Shown here: positions 1 to 13,455 of the stretch, piece after piece | How positions within the stretch are numbered: the first letter of the stretch is position 1 | Layout: the number at the start of each line of letters is the position of its first letter | Assembly (NCBI RefSeq): GCF_016903815.1 | Contig: NZ_CP069973.1 | Strand: one strand, 5' to 3' | DNA: 64,000 bases | From: Escherichia coli | GTDB taxonomy: Bacteria > Pseudomonadota > Gammaproteobacteria > Enterobacterales > Enterobacteriaceae | Made by a program: the position numbers and the translations under genes | The notes under the pieces: generated by a model | Databases searched by the model: none | Told to the model about the DNA's origin: nothing | What the model saw: the letters and a program-made list of their open reading frames with translations, nothing else

Positions 1-178
1 TCAGTTTGTCGCCGCCGTTATCTTTGGCCCATTGTTGCTCAAACGGCGGATTCAGGGCGGCAAACAGCTCGCGGGAGACGTCATAAGAACTGTTCAGCAG
101 TTCCGTTGCCTGTACATGGCCCGCCAGCAGCAGAGAAGCGACCAGCGCGAGTGAGTTCTTTTTCAGTAAGTTAACGGC
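1..178 (-). CDS. cysP: Thiosulfate/sulfate-binding periplasmic protein CysP, N-terminal 59 codons only (gene continues beyond window start)
   Basis: Minus-strand ATG at 176-178; translation [25 protein letters not shown]... is a signal peptide matching recalled CysP; open to position 1. Confidence 0.8.
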
Positions 179-351
179 CATTGCGCACCCTTATAAATTT
201 AATGACTTTCTAATAGCCATCATATTTATAACGGACGTGAAAGGAGTAACGGTTTTATATACCGTTTGGTGATTTGGAAGTTGAAAAGGGAATAAGAACC
301 GGGTTCAAGACGAAATCCTCCCCACAAATGCAGGGAGGAAACAGAGGTGAA

Positions 352-1143
352 TCAGATGCCGACGCTAACCGTCTCCGGCAGTGTGCTGCCGCCATCAATC
401 ACATTCTGTGTACCGGTTAAATAACTTGATTCATCCGATGCGAGGAAGGCTGCCAGTTCGCCGACTTCCAGCGGATCGGCGAGGCGACGCATCGGGATTG
501 CTTTTGCCATTTCAGTCAGCACCGATTCTGGATCTTCCGGGTTCGACTGGCGGGCAATGCTTTCCGCCATTGGCGTGCGTACGTATCCCGGGCAGATGGC
601 GTTAACGCGAATACCAGACTGCGCGTACTCCACCGCCAGCGATTTAGTCAGGCCAACAATCGCCGCTTTCGTTAAGGCATACGCCGTTTCACCCGGATCG
701 GCCACCATATCGCCAGTGACTGAAGACATCATCACAATGCGACCATCTTTGCGGGCAATCATCTCCGGCAGCACCGCCTTCGTGACGTTCCATACGCCTT
801 TAATATTGATATCAATATGGAAATCGCGATCTTCATCGCTCATATCGAGGAAACTGCCCAGACGACAAACGCCTGCGTTATTCACCAGGATATCAATGCG
901 CCCTTCTTTTTCCTTCGCGCGCTTGATAGCTGCGGCGACCGACGCCGGGTCACGCACATCGGCGACAACCGCCGTACAGCGATGACCACGACCACACAGT
1001 TCGTCCGCCAGCTTTTCGATCTCAGGGGAGATATCCAGCAAGATTAGGTTTGCGCCATGACGCGCAAAAGTTCTGGCAATTCCTTCGCCAATTCCCTGCA
1101 ATGCGCCCGTAATCAGTGCTGTCTTGCCCGTGAGTTTACCCAT
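352..1143 (-). CDS. ucpA: Short-chain dehydrogenase/reductase UcpA (263 aa)
   Basis: ORF track 352..1209; start trimmed to ATG at 1141-1143 (MGKLTGKTALITG, Rossmann GxxxGxG); SD AAGGAGAG upstream. Confidence 0.9.
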   Translation of the reverse strand: MGKLTGKTALITGALQGIGEGIARTFARHGANLILLDISPEIEKLADELCGRGHRCTAVVADVRDPASVAAAIKRAKEKEGRIDILVNNAGVCRLGSFLDMSDEDRDFHIDINIKGVWNVTKAVLPEMIARKDGRIVMMSSVTGDMVADPGETAYALTKAAIVGLTKSLAVEYAQSGIRVNAICPGYVRTPMAESIARQSNPEDPESVLTEMAKAIPMRRLADPLEVGELAAFLASDESSYLTGTQNVIDGGSTLPETVSVGI

Positions 1144-1271
1144 TTTAATGCTCTCCTTGTTAATACAGAGCGTTACACTCCATTCCCTCTGAAAATACAG
1201 GATAAACAAAATATTGCTGCGGATCAGCTCACTAATTCAGGAAAATCTCAATCCAGTCGCTGCTTTATGCA

Positions 1272-2129
1272 TCATTTCAGGCGTTGCGTTAGCTCACTGC
1301 TGCGCTCAATCATTTTCAATGACTCCACATCATTGAGTTGCACAAGGCCAACAAACAGTAAATCGGTAACAGAATTTTGCGCCGTGCGGGTGGACATCGA
1401 CGAGCTGCGCCATTCGGTTTCGCCAGAAACGGTATCGAGAGTGTAATGCGCCAGCCGCCGCAGCGGGGAATCGGTTAATGAGGTAATGGCAATCACCGTT
1501 GCCCCCTGCTTTCGCGCTGCCTCGGCGCACAAGACAATCTCTTTTTTACTGCCGCTGTAAGAGATAGCGATTTGTACATCGCCTTTTTTCAGCGCCTGGG
1601 AAACGGTGGCTTGTACATGCGTGTCAGCTTCACAGGCCACACGATAACCAATTTTCATCAGTTTGAATGAAAGATCGCGCCCCACCAGCGCCGACCCGCC
1701 CAGGCCCGTTATCTGGATAAATGGCGCTTTACTGATGACCTCAATGATTTTTTGCAGCCGCGCGTAGTCGAACAACGCGCAGGTTTGCTCCAGCGCCAGC
1801 TCTTTTTCGCGATTCAGTTTGCGGGCAATCACTTCCAGCGAATCATCACTGGTAATCGAACTGTGCAGGTGCAGCGCCGTGGCATTCGTTTTCTCCCGGC
1901 TGGCACTGTATTCGCCAATTAACGCCATACGCAATTCAGTAAATCCTTGCGCGCCGAGCTTCTGGGCAAACTTCACAATACTCGACTGGCTGATGCCGAG
2001 CAGTTTCGCCATCTTGCGCGAAGAGACAGATTTCAGCTCACTCACATTAGCCCGCAGAAAGTCAGCAATTTTTTGCTCGTTCCCGGTAAATTCACTTTCC
2101 GCATTGCGTATTTTCGTCAGGTACAACAT
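1272..2129 (-). CDS. murR: RpiR/SIS-family repressor MurR of the murQP operon (285 aa)
   Basis: ORF track 1272..2384; start trimmed to ATG at 2127-2129 (MLYLTKIRN...) with AGGAGAG SD; divergent from murQ. Confidence 0.9.
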   Translation of the reverse strand: MLYLTKIRNAESEFTGNEQKIADFLRANVSELKSVSSRKMAKLLGISQSSIVKFAQKLGAQGFTELRMALIGEYSASREKTNATALHLHSSITSDDSLEVIARKLNREKELALEQTCALFDYARLQKIIEVISKAPFIQITGLGGSALVGRDLSFKLMKIGYRVACEADTHVQATVSQALKKGDVQIAISYSGSKKEIVLCAEAARKQGATVIAITSLTDSPLRRLAHYTLDTVSGETEWRSSSMSTRTAQNSVTDLLFVGLVQLNDVESLKMIERSSELTQRLK

Positions 2130-2292
2130 CTTCCACTCTCCTGGGCTGGCAGCAAAAATTCCGCTTAAGTTCTTATGACGCTCTTCACACTCTGCGAGTG
2201 TAGACTCAATGATTCCTTTAAGTCTGTCAATTCGGGATATATGATTCCATACATCTGCAATTATTTGATCGTAAATAGTAAGGTCACCACCG

Positions 2293-3189
2293 ATGCAACT
2301 TGAAAAGATGATTACCGAAGGCTCGAACGCCGCCTCAGCTGAAATTGACCGCGTATCAACGCTGGAAATGTGCCGGATTATCAACGATGAAGATAAAACC
2401 GTGCCGCTTGCCGTTGAGCGCGTACTGCCGGATATCGCCGCGGCGATCGATGTTATCCACGCCCAGGTAAGCGGCGGCGGGCGTCTGATTTATCTCGGTG
2501 CGGGAACATCCGGTCGTCTGGGTATTCTTGATGCCAGTGAATGTCCGCCGACCTACGGCGTGAAACCGGGCCTGGTAGTTGGTTTGATTGCTGGCGGCGA
2601 ATATGCCATTCAGCACGCGGTGGAAGGCGCGGAAGATAGCCGGGAAGGCGGCGTTAACGATCTGAAAAATATTAATTTAACGGCACAGGATGTGGTGGTC
2701 GGTATTGCCGCCAGCGGTCGTACGCCGTATGTGATTGCCGGACTGGAATACGCCCGCCAGCTCGGTTGCCGCACAGTGGGAATTTCCTGTAATCCCGGGA
2801 GCGCCGTTTCAACCACCGCTGAGTTTGCCATTACGCCAGTTGTTGGGGCCGAAGTGGTCACAGGTTCTTCGCGAATGAAAGCAGGTACGGCGCAGAAACT
2901 GGTGCTCAATATGCTCTCCACCGGGCTGATGATTAAATCCGGCAAAGTGTTCGGCAACCTGATGGTCGATGTGGTCGCCACCAACGAAAAATTGCATGTG
3001 CGCCAGGTCAATATCGTCAAAAACGCTACCGGATGTAGCGCAGAGCAAGCGGAAGCGGCATTGGTTGCCTGCGAGCGCAACTGTAAAACGGCCATTGTGA
3101 TGGTGCTGAAAAATCTCGATGCCGCAGAAGCTAAAAAACGCCTTGATCAACACGGCGGCTTTATTCGTCAGGTTTTAGACAAGGAATAA
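2293..3189 (+). CDS. murQ: N-acetylmuramic acid 6-phosphate etherase MurQ (298 aa)
   Basis: ORF track 2293..3189; SIS-domain protein; recognised sequence. Confidence 0.93.
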   Translation: MQLEKMITEGSNAASAEIDRVSTLEMCRIINDEDKTVPLAVERVLPDIAAAIDVIHAQVSGGGRLIYLGAGTSGRLGILDASECPPTYGVKPGLVVGLIAGGEYAIQHAVEGAEDSREGGVNDLKNINLTAQDVVVGIAASGRTPYVIAGLEYARQLGCRTVGISCNPGSAVSTTAEFAITPVVGAEVVTGSSRMKAGTAQKLVLNMLSTGLMIKSGKVFGNLMVDVVATNEKLHVRQVNIVKNATGCSAEQAEAALVACERNCKTAIVMVLKNLDAAEAKKRLDQHGGFIRQVLDKE

Positions 3190-3192
3190 CCC

Positions 3193-4617
<1,425 letters not shown>

Positions 4618-4621
4618 TAAT

Positions 4622-5923
4622 ATGAAACGGACAATGCTCTATCTTTCTCTGCTGGCTGTCAGCTGTAGCGTCAGCGCCGCAAAATACCCTGTTCTGACAG
4701 AAAGTTCGCCAGAGAAAGCAGGGTTCAACGTCGAACGGCTTAACCAGATGGATCGCTGGATAAGCCAGCAGGTGGATGCCGGTTATCCCGGCGTAAACCT
4801 GCTGATTATTAAAGATAATCAGATTGTGTATCGCAAAGCCTGGGGAGCGGCGAAAAAGTACGATGGCAGCGTATTGATGGAACAGCCTGTCAAAGCCACC
4901 ACCGGGACGCTGTATGACCTGGCTTCCAATACCAAGATGTACGCCACTAACTTTGCTCTGCAAAAGCTAATGAGCGAAGGCAAGCTGCATCCTGACGATC
5001 GGATTGCGAAATATATTCCGGGATTTGCCGATAGTCCAAATGACACCATCAAAGGCAAAAACACGCTGCGGATTTCTGACCTGCTGCATCACAGCGGCGG
5101 TTTCCCGGCGGACCCACAATATCCGAATAAAGCGGTCGCGGGCGCGTTATATTCCCAGGATAAAGGCCAGACGCTGGAGATGATCAAGCGCACGCCGCTG
5201 GAGTATCAGCCCGGCAGCAAGCATATCTACAGCGATGTCGATTATATGCTGCTTGGATTTATCGTCGAGTCGGTTACCGGTCAGCCACTTGACCGCTATG
5301 TTGAAGAGTCGATTTATCGCCCGCTCGGCCTGACGCATACGGTGTTTAATCCGCTACTGAAAGGCTTTAAACCGCAACAAATTGCCGCCACGGAACTCAA
5401 CGGCAATACCCGCGATGGCGTGATCCATTTCCCGGATATCCGCACCTCCACTCTCTGGGGTCAGGTGCACGATGAAAAAGCCTTTTATTCGATGGGCGGC
5501 GTTTCCGGGCATGCAGGGTTGTTTTCCAATACCGGCGATATTGCGGTGTTAATGCAAACGATGCTGAACGGCGGCGGCTATGGCGATGTGCAGTTGTTCA
5601 ATGCAGAAACGGTGAAGATGTTCACCACCAGCTCTAAGGAAGATGCCACTTTTGGCCTTGGCTGGCGCGTGAATGGTAATGCCACCATGACGCCGACGTT
5701 TGGCACGCTGGCAAGCCCGCAAACCTACGGTCACACTGGCTGGACCGGGACGGTGACCGTTATCGATCCGGTGAATCATATGGCGATTGTGATGTTAAGC
5801 AACAAGCCACATTCGCCAGTTGCCGATCCACAAAAAAATCCCAATATGTTCGAAAGCGGTCAGCTACCGATTGCAACTTATGGTTGGGTAGTTGATCAGG
5901 TGTATGCGGCGTTAAAGCAGTAA
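4622..5923 (+). CDS. yfeW: Penicillin-binding protein 4B / beta-lactamase-fold protein YfeW
   Basis: ORF track 4535..5923; start trimmed to ATG 4622 (MKRTMLYLSLLAVSCSVSA signal peptide); SxxK motif (SNTK) present. Confidence 0.88.
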   Translation: MKRTMLYLSLLAVSCSVSAAKYPVLTESSPEKAGFNVERLNQMDRWISQQVDAGYPGVNLLIIKDNQIVYRKAWGAAKKYDGSVLMEQPVKATTGTLYDLASNTKMYATNFALQKLMSEGKLHPDDRIAKYIPGFADSPNDTIKGKNTLRISDLLHHSGGFPADPQYPNKAVAGALYSQDKGQTLEMIKRTPLEYQPGSKHIYSDVDYMLLGFIVESVTGQPLDRYVEESIYRPLGLTHTVFNPLLKGFKPQQIAATELNGNTRDGVIHFPDIRTSTLWGQVHDEKAFYSMGGVSGHAGLFSNTGDIAVLMQTMLNGGGYGDVQLFNAETVKMFTTSSKEDATFGLGWRVNGNATMTPTFGTLASPQTYGHTGWTGTVTVIDPVNHMAIVMLSNKPHSPVADPQKNPNMFESGQLPIATYGWVVDQVYAALKQ

Positions 5924-5933
5924 TAATAAATAT

Positions 5934-5957
5934 CCTCCGGCATAGCCGGAGGTTTTT
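5934..5957 (+). terminator. Putative rho-independent terminator after yfeW (could alternatively lie inside the right end of the IS200-like element)
   Basis: Stem cctccggc / gccggagg with 3-nt loop followed by TTTTT, 10 nt after yfeW stop. Confidence 0.55.
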
Positions 5958-6033
5958 CAAATGCGCCTATAAGGCTCTCTTACCAGCCGCGCCCTAACAG
6001 GCGCACACGATCTGACATTTGCATCCAACTTCG

Positions 6034-6492
6034 TTACTTACGGCCCGTAAACGGGCTGCCCGGATAGGGAATCGATAACTGCTCTCCCATTTTATCCTCT
6101 TCAAGCTGGTGCTTTATGTAATCCTGTATCTTCGCCGTGTTCTTACCCACCGTATCGACGTAGTACCCTCTGCACCAGAACTCCCTGTTCCTGTATTTGA
6201 ATTTCAAATCACCAAACTGCTCGTAAAGCATCAGACTGCTTTTCCCTTTCAGATATCCCATAAAGCCGGATACGCTCATTTTGGGCGGGATCTCCACAAG
6301 CATATGGATATGATCTGCACAGCATTCAGCTTCCAGAATCCGTACACTTTTCCACTCACACAGCTTTCTCAAAATACTGCCTATTGCTCTACGCTTCTCT
6401 CTGTAGAACACCTGTCTTCGGTATTTTGGCGCAAAAACTATGTGATATTTACAGTTCCATCGGGTGTGCGCTAAGCTCTTTTCGTTCCCCAT
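6034..6492 (-). CDS. tnpA: IS200-type transposase TnpA (Y1 HUH family, 152 aa)
   Basis: ORF track 6034..6543; start trimmed to ATG 6490-6492 (MGNEKSLAHTRWNCKYHIVFAPKYRR...); HUH motif HIHML and C-terminal YY; near-identical to recalled Salmonella IS200 TnpA. Confidence 0.9.
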   Translation of the reverse strand: MGNEKSLAHTRWNCKYHIVFAPKYRRQVFYREKRRAIGSILRKLCEWKSVRILEAECCADHIHMLVEIPPKMSVSGFMGYLKGKSSLMLYEQFGDLKFKYRNREFWCRGYYVDTVGKNTAKIQDYIKHQLEEDKMGEQLSIPYPGSPFTGRK

Positions 6493-6632
6493 TGGGACCC
6501 CCTTTTGATTTCTTGTTTGACACTTGCAGTTGCCAGACCGCAAGGTGTTTTAACAAATCAAAAGGGGTTTTAATAACTGGCTTAAAGCTGAAAGCTTTCC
6601 GGAACCCCCAGCCTAGCTGGGGGTTTTCTGTG

Positions 6633-6668
6633 CACAAAAAGGCCAGTCAGTTGTGATACTGGCTGGCC
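6633..6668 (-). terminator. Putative rho-independent terminator after yfeX
   Basis: Minus-strand hairpin ggccagccagt...actgactggcc followed by TTTTTGTG, about 25 nt after yfeX stop. Confidence 0.6.
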
Positions 6669-6691
6669 TTAAATCATCGAATCAGAAACGA

Positions 6692-7675
<984 letters not shown>

Positions 7676-7686
7676 TCAGACGCAAA

Positions 7687-8262
7687 TTAACGCCGCCAGA
7701 TAATTTTACTGACTTTCCAGTTTTTCAGGGTATCGTCCGAAGGCATTAACCCTTCAGGACCACTCCATTCCCCGCTGAACTGGTAGCTAATATGTTGACT
7801 GCCTTCGGCTTTACATTCGACGGCACGATTATCATCACCATCAGCTTTTTGGCAATTGCCAAATGCTTTGCTGTAAAGGTCGCTAAACGGTGTACCGATT
7901 TTAACACTGGAGTCAGCTGGAATATCGCTATCCAGCACATCAATGCGGCTGATCGTGCCCTGATCGCCGTTAATCACCATCGCCACGTTGTCGCCTTTCA
8001 TCACTTCAAAAAAGCGCACCACGTTGCCGTTCGCGGTTTTCATTCCGCTGCGCAGGCGATAATCGCCATCAAGCGCATCAGCAATGGCTTGTTCTTGCAG
8101 TGGTGTGGACGCCGTTAATTCACCAACGCCCTGCTCGCTCACTTTGGTGGACGACCCAAACCAGTTCCACGGGTTAGCGGCAGACCAGTTAACTGACGAC
8201 ATCGTGGAACAGCCGGTCAGCATCAACGGCATAGCGCATAACATTAAACGCAGCGATATCAT
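7687..8262 (-). CDS. yfeY: Lipoprotein YfeY (191 aa)
   Basis: ORF track 7687..8262; lipobox LTGC in signal peptide. Confidence 0.88.
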   Translation of the reverse strand: MISLRLMLCAMPLMLTGCSTMSSVNWSAANPWNWFGSSTKVSEQGVGELTASTPLQEQAIADALDGDYRLRSGMKTANGNVVRFFEVMKGDNVAMVINGDQGTISRIDVLDSDIPADSSVKIGTPFSDLYSKAFGNCQKADGDDNRAVECKAEGSQHISYQFSGEWSGPEGLMPSDDTLKNWKVSKIIWRR

Positions 8263-8322
8263 GTCACTTCCTTTGGTTATTCAATAACGTTGCTTGGAGT
8301 GCAAATTCACCAAAAAGTGCCG

Positions 8323-8772
8323 TTATTCTTTTTCTTCATTAAAACAAGCGCGTAAACGTCGATTGGTCAGCAGCCAGATTAACGCCACAATATCCGCCAC
8401 TACCAGCGCCAGCCCGATACCGCTAACGGATTAACCGTTCAGCCACAGCCACGGTTGCCAGCAAAGTAAAACCACCTGCGCCAACAGCAACAGAAAATAG
8501 AGCACATGCCAGATACGGGGAAATGAAGCCCGCCGACCACTCAGCAAAAACGCCAGCACCGCCGGAATGCCGGGAATCAACCCCAGCCAGAAATTATCGT
8601 GATCGGGATAAAACAGATTTAGCAGTGCAGTACCCTGCTCGCGCGACGCACCGGCAATGACAAACAGCACCCAGGTTCGCGCCTGAAGCAATAGCACAAG
8701 CCAGAAGAGCAAGGGTAAACGCAGGCGACCGTGCGCATCATAATGGACAGGATGAAACTCAGTACTCTTCAT
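8323..8772 (-). pseudogene. yfeZ: Inner-membrane protein YfeZ interrupted by an in-frame TAA (stop at 8431-8433); 35 further sense codons continue in frame to a second stop at 8323-8325
   Basis: ORF track 8431..8778 (115 aa) ends ...CWQPWLWLNG*; the next in-frame codons read SVSGIGLALVVADIVALIWLLTNRRLRACFNEEKE*, which matches the recalled C-terminus of the ~149-aa K-12 protein (GAA to TAA at one position). Confidence 0.6.
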
Positions 8773-9184
8773 CTTCAATCAAACGCTTACCCAAACTCAG
8801 CACGTCGGCGTGTTCATATCCCAGGCGTTCATACATTCCGAGCACCATGTCGTTATCTTCCGGCACGTTGATCTGAATTTTCGGGCAGCCGCGAGCAATC
8901 AGCTTTTTCTCCAACCGATTAAGCAACGCATTGGCAATCCCACGCCCACGAAACTCTGGATGCACGCCAAGATAATAAGCAGACCCGCGATGCCCGTCAT
9001 AACCGCCCATCACCGTTCCGACCACTTCACCGTTTACCTCAGCGACCAGAAACAAACTGACGTCATGGTTCATCTTACGCTCGATGTCCATTTCCGGATC
9101 GTTCCACGGACGCAGCAAGTCGCAACGCTCCCAAAGGGTGATGACCTCTTCGAAATCTTCCTGGCGAAATACGCGTATCTCCAT
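8759..9184 (-). CDS. ypeA: GNAT-family acetyltransferase YpeA (141 aa)
   Basis: ORF track 8759..9295; start trimmed to ATG 9182-9184 ([11 protein letters not shown]...); 3' end overlaps yfeZ start. Confidence 0.88.
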
Positions 9185-9397
9185 GGTATTCGTTACCTTT
9201 TTGCGGGTTAAAAGGCTGATTATGGCGTGAACGGTCGAATTAGCCAATATCTGACGAAAATCGGTTGAAAAAGTGGCATAATGGGGAGTTGTCAACTATT
9301 GAAATGAAAAGTAAAACAATTCTCATCAGCAAACGGTCGTAACGGATTACGCGATACGATATAACATCTGGAACTTTATTATTACAACTCAGGCCGT

Positions 9398-10267
9398 ATG
9401 AGCACTTTTAAACCACTAAAAACACTCACTTCGCGCCGCCAGGTGCTGAAAGCCGGTTTGGCTGCCCTGACGTTGTCAGGAATGTCGCAAGCCATCGCCA
9501 AAGACGAACCTTTAAAAACCAGCAACGGACACAGCAAGCCGAAAGCCAAAAAATCTGGCGGCAAACGTGTCGTTGTTCTCGATCCAGGCCACGGAGGGAT
9601 TGATACCGGAGCGATCGGACGCAACGGTTCGAAAGAAAAACATGTGGTGCTGGCGATTGCTAAAAACGTCCGTTCCATTTTGCGTAATCATGGCATTGAT
9701 GCGCGTTTAACGCGTTCTGGCGATACGTTTATCCCACTATACGATCGCGTTGAAATCGCCCATAAACATGGCGCAGATCTGTTTATGTCAATTCATGCCG
9801 ACGGCTTTACCAACCCGAAAGCTGCCGGTGCTTCGGTATTTGCCCTCTCTAACCGTGGGGCAAGTAGCGCAATGGCGAAATACCTGTCTGAACGCGAAAA
9901 CCGCGCCGATGAAGTTGCTGGTAAAAAGGCGACTGACAAGGATCACCTATTGCAGCAAGTGCTGTTTGATCTGGTGCAAACCGATACTATTAAAAACAGC
10001 CTGACGCTCGGCTCGCATATTCTGAAGAAGATTAAGCCGGTGCATAAACTGCACAGCCGCAACACCGAACAAGCCGCGTTTGTGGTGTTGAAGTCGCCGT
10101 CGGTTCCTTCGGTGCTGGTGGAAACTTCGTTTATCACCAACCCGGAAGAAGAGCGGCTGTTAGGCACGGCGGCATTTCGCCAGAAAATCGCCACAGCGAT
10201 TGCCGAAGGCGTGATCAGTTTTTTCCACTGGTTTGACAACCAGAAAGCACACTCGAGAAAGCGGTAA
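9398..10267 (+). CDS. amiA: N-acetylmuramoyl-L-alanine amidase AmiA (289 aa, Tat signal)
   Basis: ORF track 9398..10267; twin-arginine motif SRRQVLK in signal peptide. Confidence 0.93.
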   Translation: MSTFKPLKTLTSRRQVLKAGLAALTLSGMSQAIAKDEPLKTSNGHSKPKAKKSGGKRVVVLDPGHGGIDTGAIGRNGSKEKHVVLAIAKNVRSILRNHGIDARLTRSGDTFIPLYDRVEIAHKHGADLFMSIHADGFTNPKAAGASVFALSNRGASSAMAKYLSERENRADEVAGKKATDKDHLLQQVLFDLVQTDTIKNSLTLGSHILKKIKPVHKLHSRNTEQAAFVVLKSPSVPSVLVETSFITNPEEERLLGTAAFRQKIATAIAEGVISFFHWFDNQKAHSRKR

Positions 10268-11170
<903 letters not shown>

Positions 11171-11175
11171 CTCCC

Positions 11176-12228
11176 TCACCCCCATTCCCGCATCCGCTGA
11201 TGCAACGTCAACGACGGCTTCTCGGCAAACAGCTGCTGGTAATCCGTGGCAAATTGCCCCAGATGCCAGAATCCCCACTGCATGGCGGCGTCTTTTACCG
11301 TTGTGCTTTGCGACCACGGGCTTATCAGTTCGCGGCGTACGGCGTTCAGGCGAATGCGTTTCAGCCACGCGTTCGGGCCAATGCCTAAAATAGCGTGAAA
11401 CGCGTTTTGTAGCGTGCGGCGACTGACATGCAGTTGATTACACAAGTCCAGCACCGTCACCGGTTCGGACATGTTTTCCAGCACATATTCACGGGCGCGG
11501 GAAAGTAATCTACGGTAACTCTGATGACTGATGCTTTCCGCCGTCACCATTGGCTGCGCTTCTTCCAGCATCGCCCCCATCGCCATGAGCAAATTATCCC
11601 CCAGCACTTTTCGCACCGCAGGCTGATGCAAATTCTCGGGATTCTCGCAAAACGTCGCCAGCGCCTGTTGGACAAAGCCCCACAGCGCGGCTTTATGCTG
11701 TTCTTTCACTTCCAGCGCCGACTGGCTACGCAGCATATGTAATACCCGATCCGGATTATGCAAAAAGTTAGCCTGACGGGTGATGACATCTTCAGAAAGC
11801 ACTACGCCCAGGATCGTGTAATCGTCCGGCGTACTTAATTCAAACTCGGTTCCACCAGGGCGCGTCGCTATTTCTGCGCTTCCCAGACATTGCGAACCGA
11901 TAAATCCCTGCTCACCGCGCGTCGCCGGAATGCCAAACCAGAACGAGTTCGGCCAGACCAGGCACGACTGACGCAGCGCCAGACCGGTGTATTCACGAAA
12001 AACCTGAATATCATCGAGTAGAATTTCCGTAAATTCACCATGAAACTTGCCCGGATGCAGCTGATCGTAAATCTGCTGCCAGGCGGTAATCGTCAAAGCA
12101 TGTTCATAGACATCCGTTGTCTGTCGTTGATGAACATTATCCACTTCGACCTTCGGCGTGAGCTTCAGGTTTTCGGGTAAGGGTTCATGATAAAGATGGT
12201 GCAAATTGGCTGTACGGGTCTTTTTCAT
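11176..12228 (-). CDS. eutR: AraC-family activator of the eut operon, EutR (350 aa)
   Basis: ORF track 11176..12228; C-terminal AraC-type HTH; last gene of eut cluster. Confidence 0.93.
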   Translation of the reverse strand: MKKTRTANLHHLYHEPLPENLKLTPKVEVDNVHQRQTTDVYEHALTITAWQQIYDQLHPGKFHGEFTEILLDDIQVFREYTGLALRQSCLVWPNSFWFGIPATRGEQGFIGSQCLGSAEIATRPGGTEFELSTPDDYTILGVVLSEDVITRQANFLHNPDRVLHMLRSQSALEVKEQHKAALWGFVQQALATFCENPENLHQPAVRKVLGDNLLMAMGAMLEEAQPMVTAESISHQSYRRLLSRAREYVLENMSEPVTVLDLCNQLHVSRRTLQNAFHAILGIGPNAWLKRIRLNAVRRELISPWSQSTTVKDAAMQWGFWHLGQFATDYQQLFAEKPSLTLHQRMREWG

Positions 12229-12273
12229 GATGTTAATGCCGGGTGTTGTAGGACACCCGGCACCTCCGACAGG

Positions 12274-12774
12274 TTAATGGGGCTTGAGACGATAACGACT
12301 ACTGCGTTTACGTAACGTCCCGGCAGAAAAGAGCTGTTCGAGCGCATTTCTGGCTTTTTCCAGCGGCCAGCCAAAGTGGGCAGCCACTTCTCCTGCCGTC
12401 ATTCCCTGACGTACTGATGTTAACAGCGCCAACAACTCGTCAGCAGATTCCACGACGATAACTGGCGCGTCGGGTTCCTTTACGGGTTGCTTCGGCTGGC
12501 GGTTAAAGCCAGTAACCAGCCACTGGGTGTCATCGTCTGGCCGACCGATCTCCTTACGGCTGATGACACGCCCGGTACGCATCGCGGCAGCACAACCTGC
12601 GTCCAGCGCCGCACGACACGCCGCCAGATCGCCTTCCACCACCAGCGTTAGGCGACCAGGGTCAAGCACTTCGTGACTGAGCAGACGAACGTTAGCTGCT
12701 TTGAGCATGGCATCCGCTGCATCTATCGCGGCGACCATGCCGTCCACTTCCAGCAATCCCAGTGCATTGATCAT
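12274..12774 (-). CDS. eutK: Microcompartment shell protein EutK (BMC domain plus C-terminal nucleic-acid-binding-like domain, 166 aa)
   Basis: ORF track 12274..12780 (TTG-initiated call); ATG at 12772-12774 with GGAGG SD gives MINALGLLEVDGMVAA... Confidence 0.9.
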   Translation of the reverse strand: MINALGLLEVDGMVAAIDAADAMLKAANVRLLSHEVLDPGRLTLVVEGDLAACRAALDAGCAAAMRTGRVISRKEIGRPDDDTQWLVTGFNRQPKQPVKEPDAPVIVVESADELLALLTSVRQGMTAGEVAAHFGWPLEKARNALEQLFSAGTLRKRSSRYRLKPH

Positions 12775-12786
12775 CGGCAACCTCCG

Positions 12787-13446
12787 TTACGCACGCTGGA
12801 TTGGATTACGCGCGATTTCCAGCACTGCATCGGTAAAAGCGTTACAGGCTGCTTTACACGCGGCCTGGCTACCGGTTAAAAATGCTGCCGAGTAGTTGGT
12901 TTCAGACGGCGGCGGGACATAGGTCACCAGCTGCACGTCGGCAGATTTCAACGCCGCATCAATGCCGTAGGTCGCTTCCAGCGGCGGTGCCACCAGATAC
13001 GCCATCGGATCGCCAAGCGTGATCCCGGCGGTTGATGAGAGATAAGAACCGGTACGCGAAACTACATGTGCCAGGAAAGCTGTGTTTTCTGCGTCATTAG
13101 CCCACTGGAAAGCCGCGCCATTTTCAATATGCGCAACCATCGCATCCAGACCAGCACGCACTTCCGCCGGGTTTGGCCCACCGAGCATAATCAGCACTTC
13201 ACCGGCAGTCGGTGACGGTCCGTGTGCAGCTCCCGCATACAGCGAGCGGCCATACACCACTTCGACCATCGCCTGCTTGGTCGCTTCGTCAGCCGCAATG
13301 TAGGTGACGTCATCGGAATCAGCAGAAATCAGCCCAAGGCTACGAATATGCGGCGGCAATTTCAGTTCACGCGCAAATTCGGCGTTAACAGAGGCAATCA
13401 CCCGCATGGCGGTGACCGACGGTCGAATCAAATCTAAAGCTGGCAT
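12787..13446 (-). CDS. eutL: Microcompartment shell protein EutL (tandem BMC domain, 219 aa)
   Basis: ORF track 12787..13446. Confidence 0.93.
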   Translation of the reverse strand: MPALDLIRPSVTAMRVIASVNAEFARELKLPPHIRSLGLISADSDDVTYIAADEATKQAMVEVVYGRSLYAGAAHGPSPTAGEVLIMLGGPNPAEVRAGLDAMVAHIENGAAFQWANDAENTAFLAHVVSRTGSYLSSTAGITLGDPMAYLVAPPLEATYGIDAALKSADVQLVTYVPPPSETNYSAAFLTGSQAACKAACNAFTDAVLEIARNPIQRA

Positions 13447-13455
13447 GATGCCTCC

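Larger units (their letters stand above)
5926..6640 (-). mobile_element. IS200/IS605-family insertion sequence (IS200-like, about 0.7 kb); boundaries approximate (+/- 30 bp)
   Basis: 152-aa Y1 HUH transposase gene; hairpin aacccccagc-cta-gctgggggtt at 6603-6625 and RBS-sequestering stem-loop 6499-6568 as expected for an IS200 left end; sits between convergent yfeW and yfeX. Confidence 0.75.

Noticed and set aside
352-1209. N-terminally extended ORF-track calls (ucpA, murR, yfeW, yfeX, ypeA, eutK, eutM, eutS, tktB, nudK, ypfN, ypfH, purC, dapA, gcvR, hyfA, hyfC, hyfG)
   Set aside because: The extensions run from the first in-frame start candidate; internal starts with proper Shine-Dalgarno spacing reproduce the recalled lengths of the known proteins and were used instead.
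6109-6474. 121-aa plus-strand ORF opposite the IS200 tnpA gene
   Set aside because: Antisense to the transposase ORF; IS200 elements encode a single protein; no ribosome-binding site seen.
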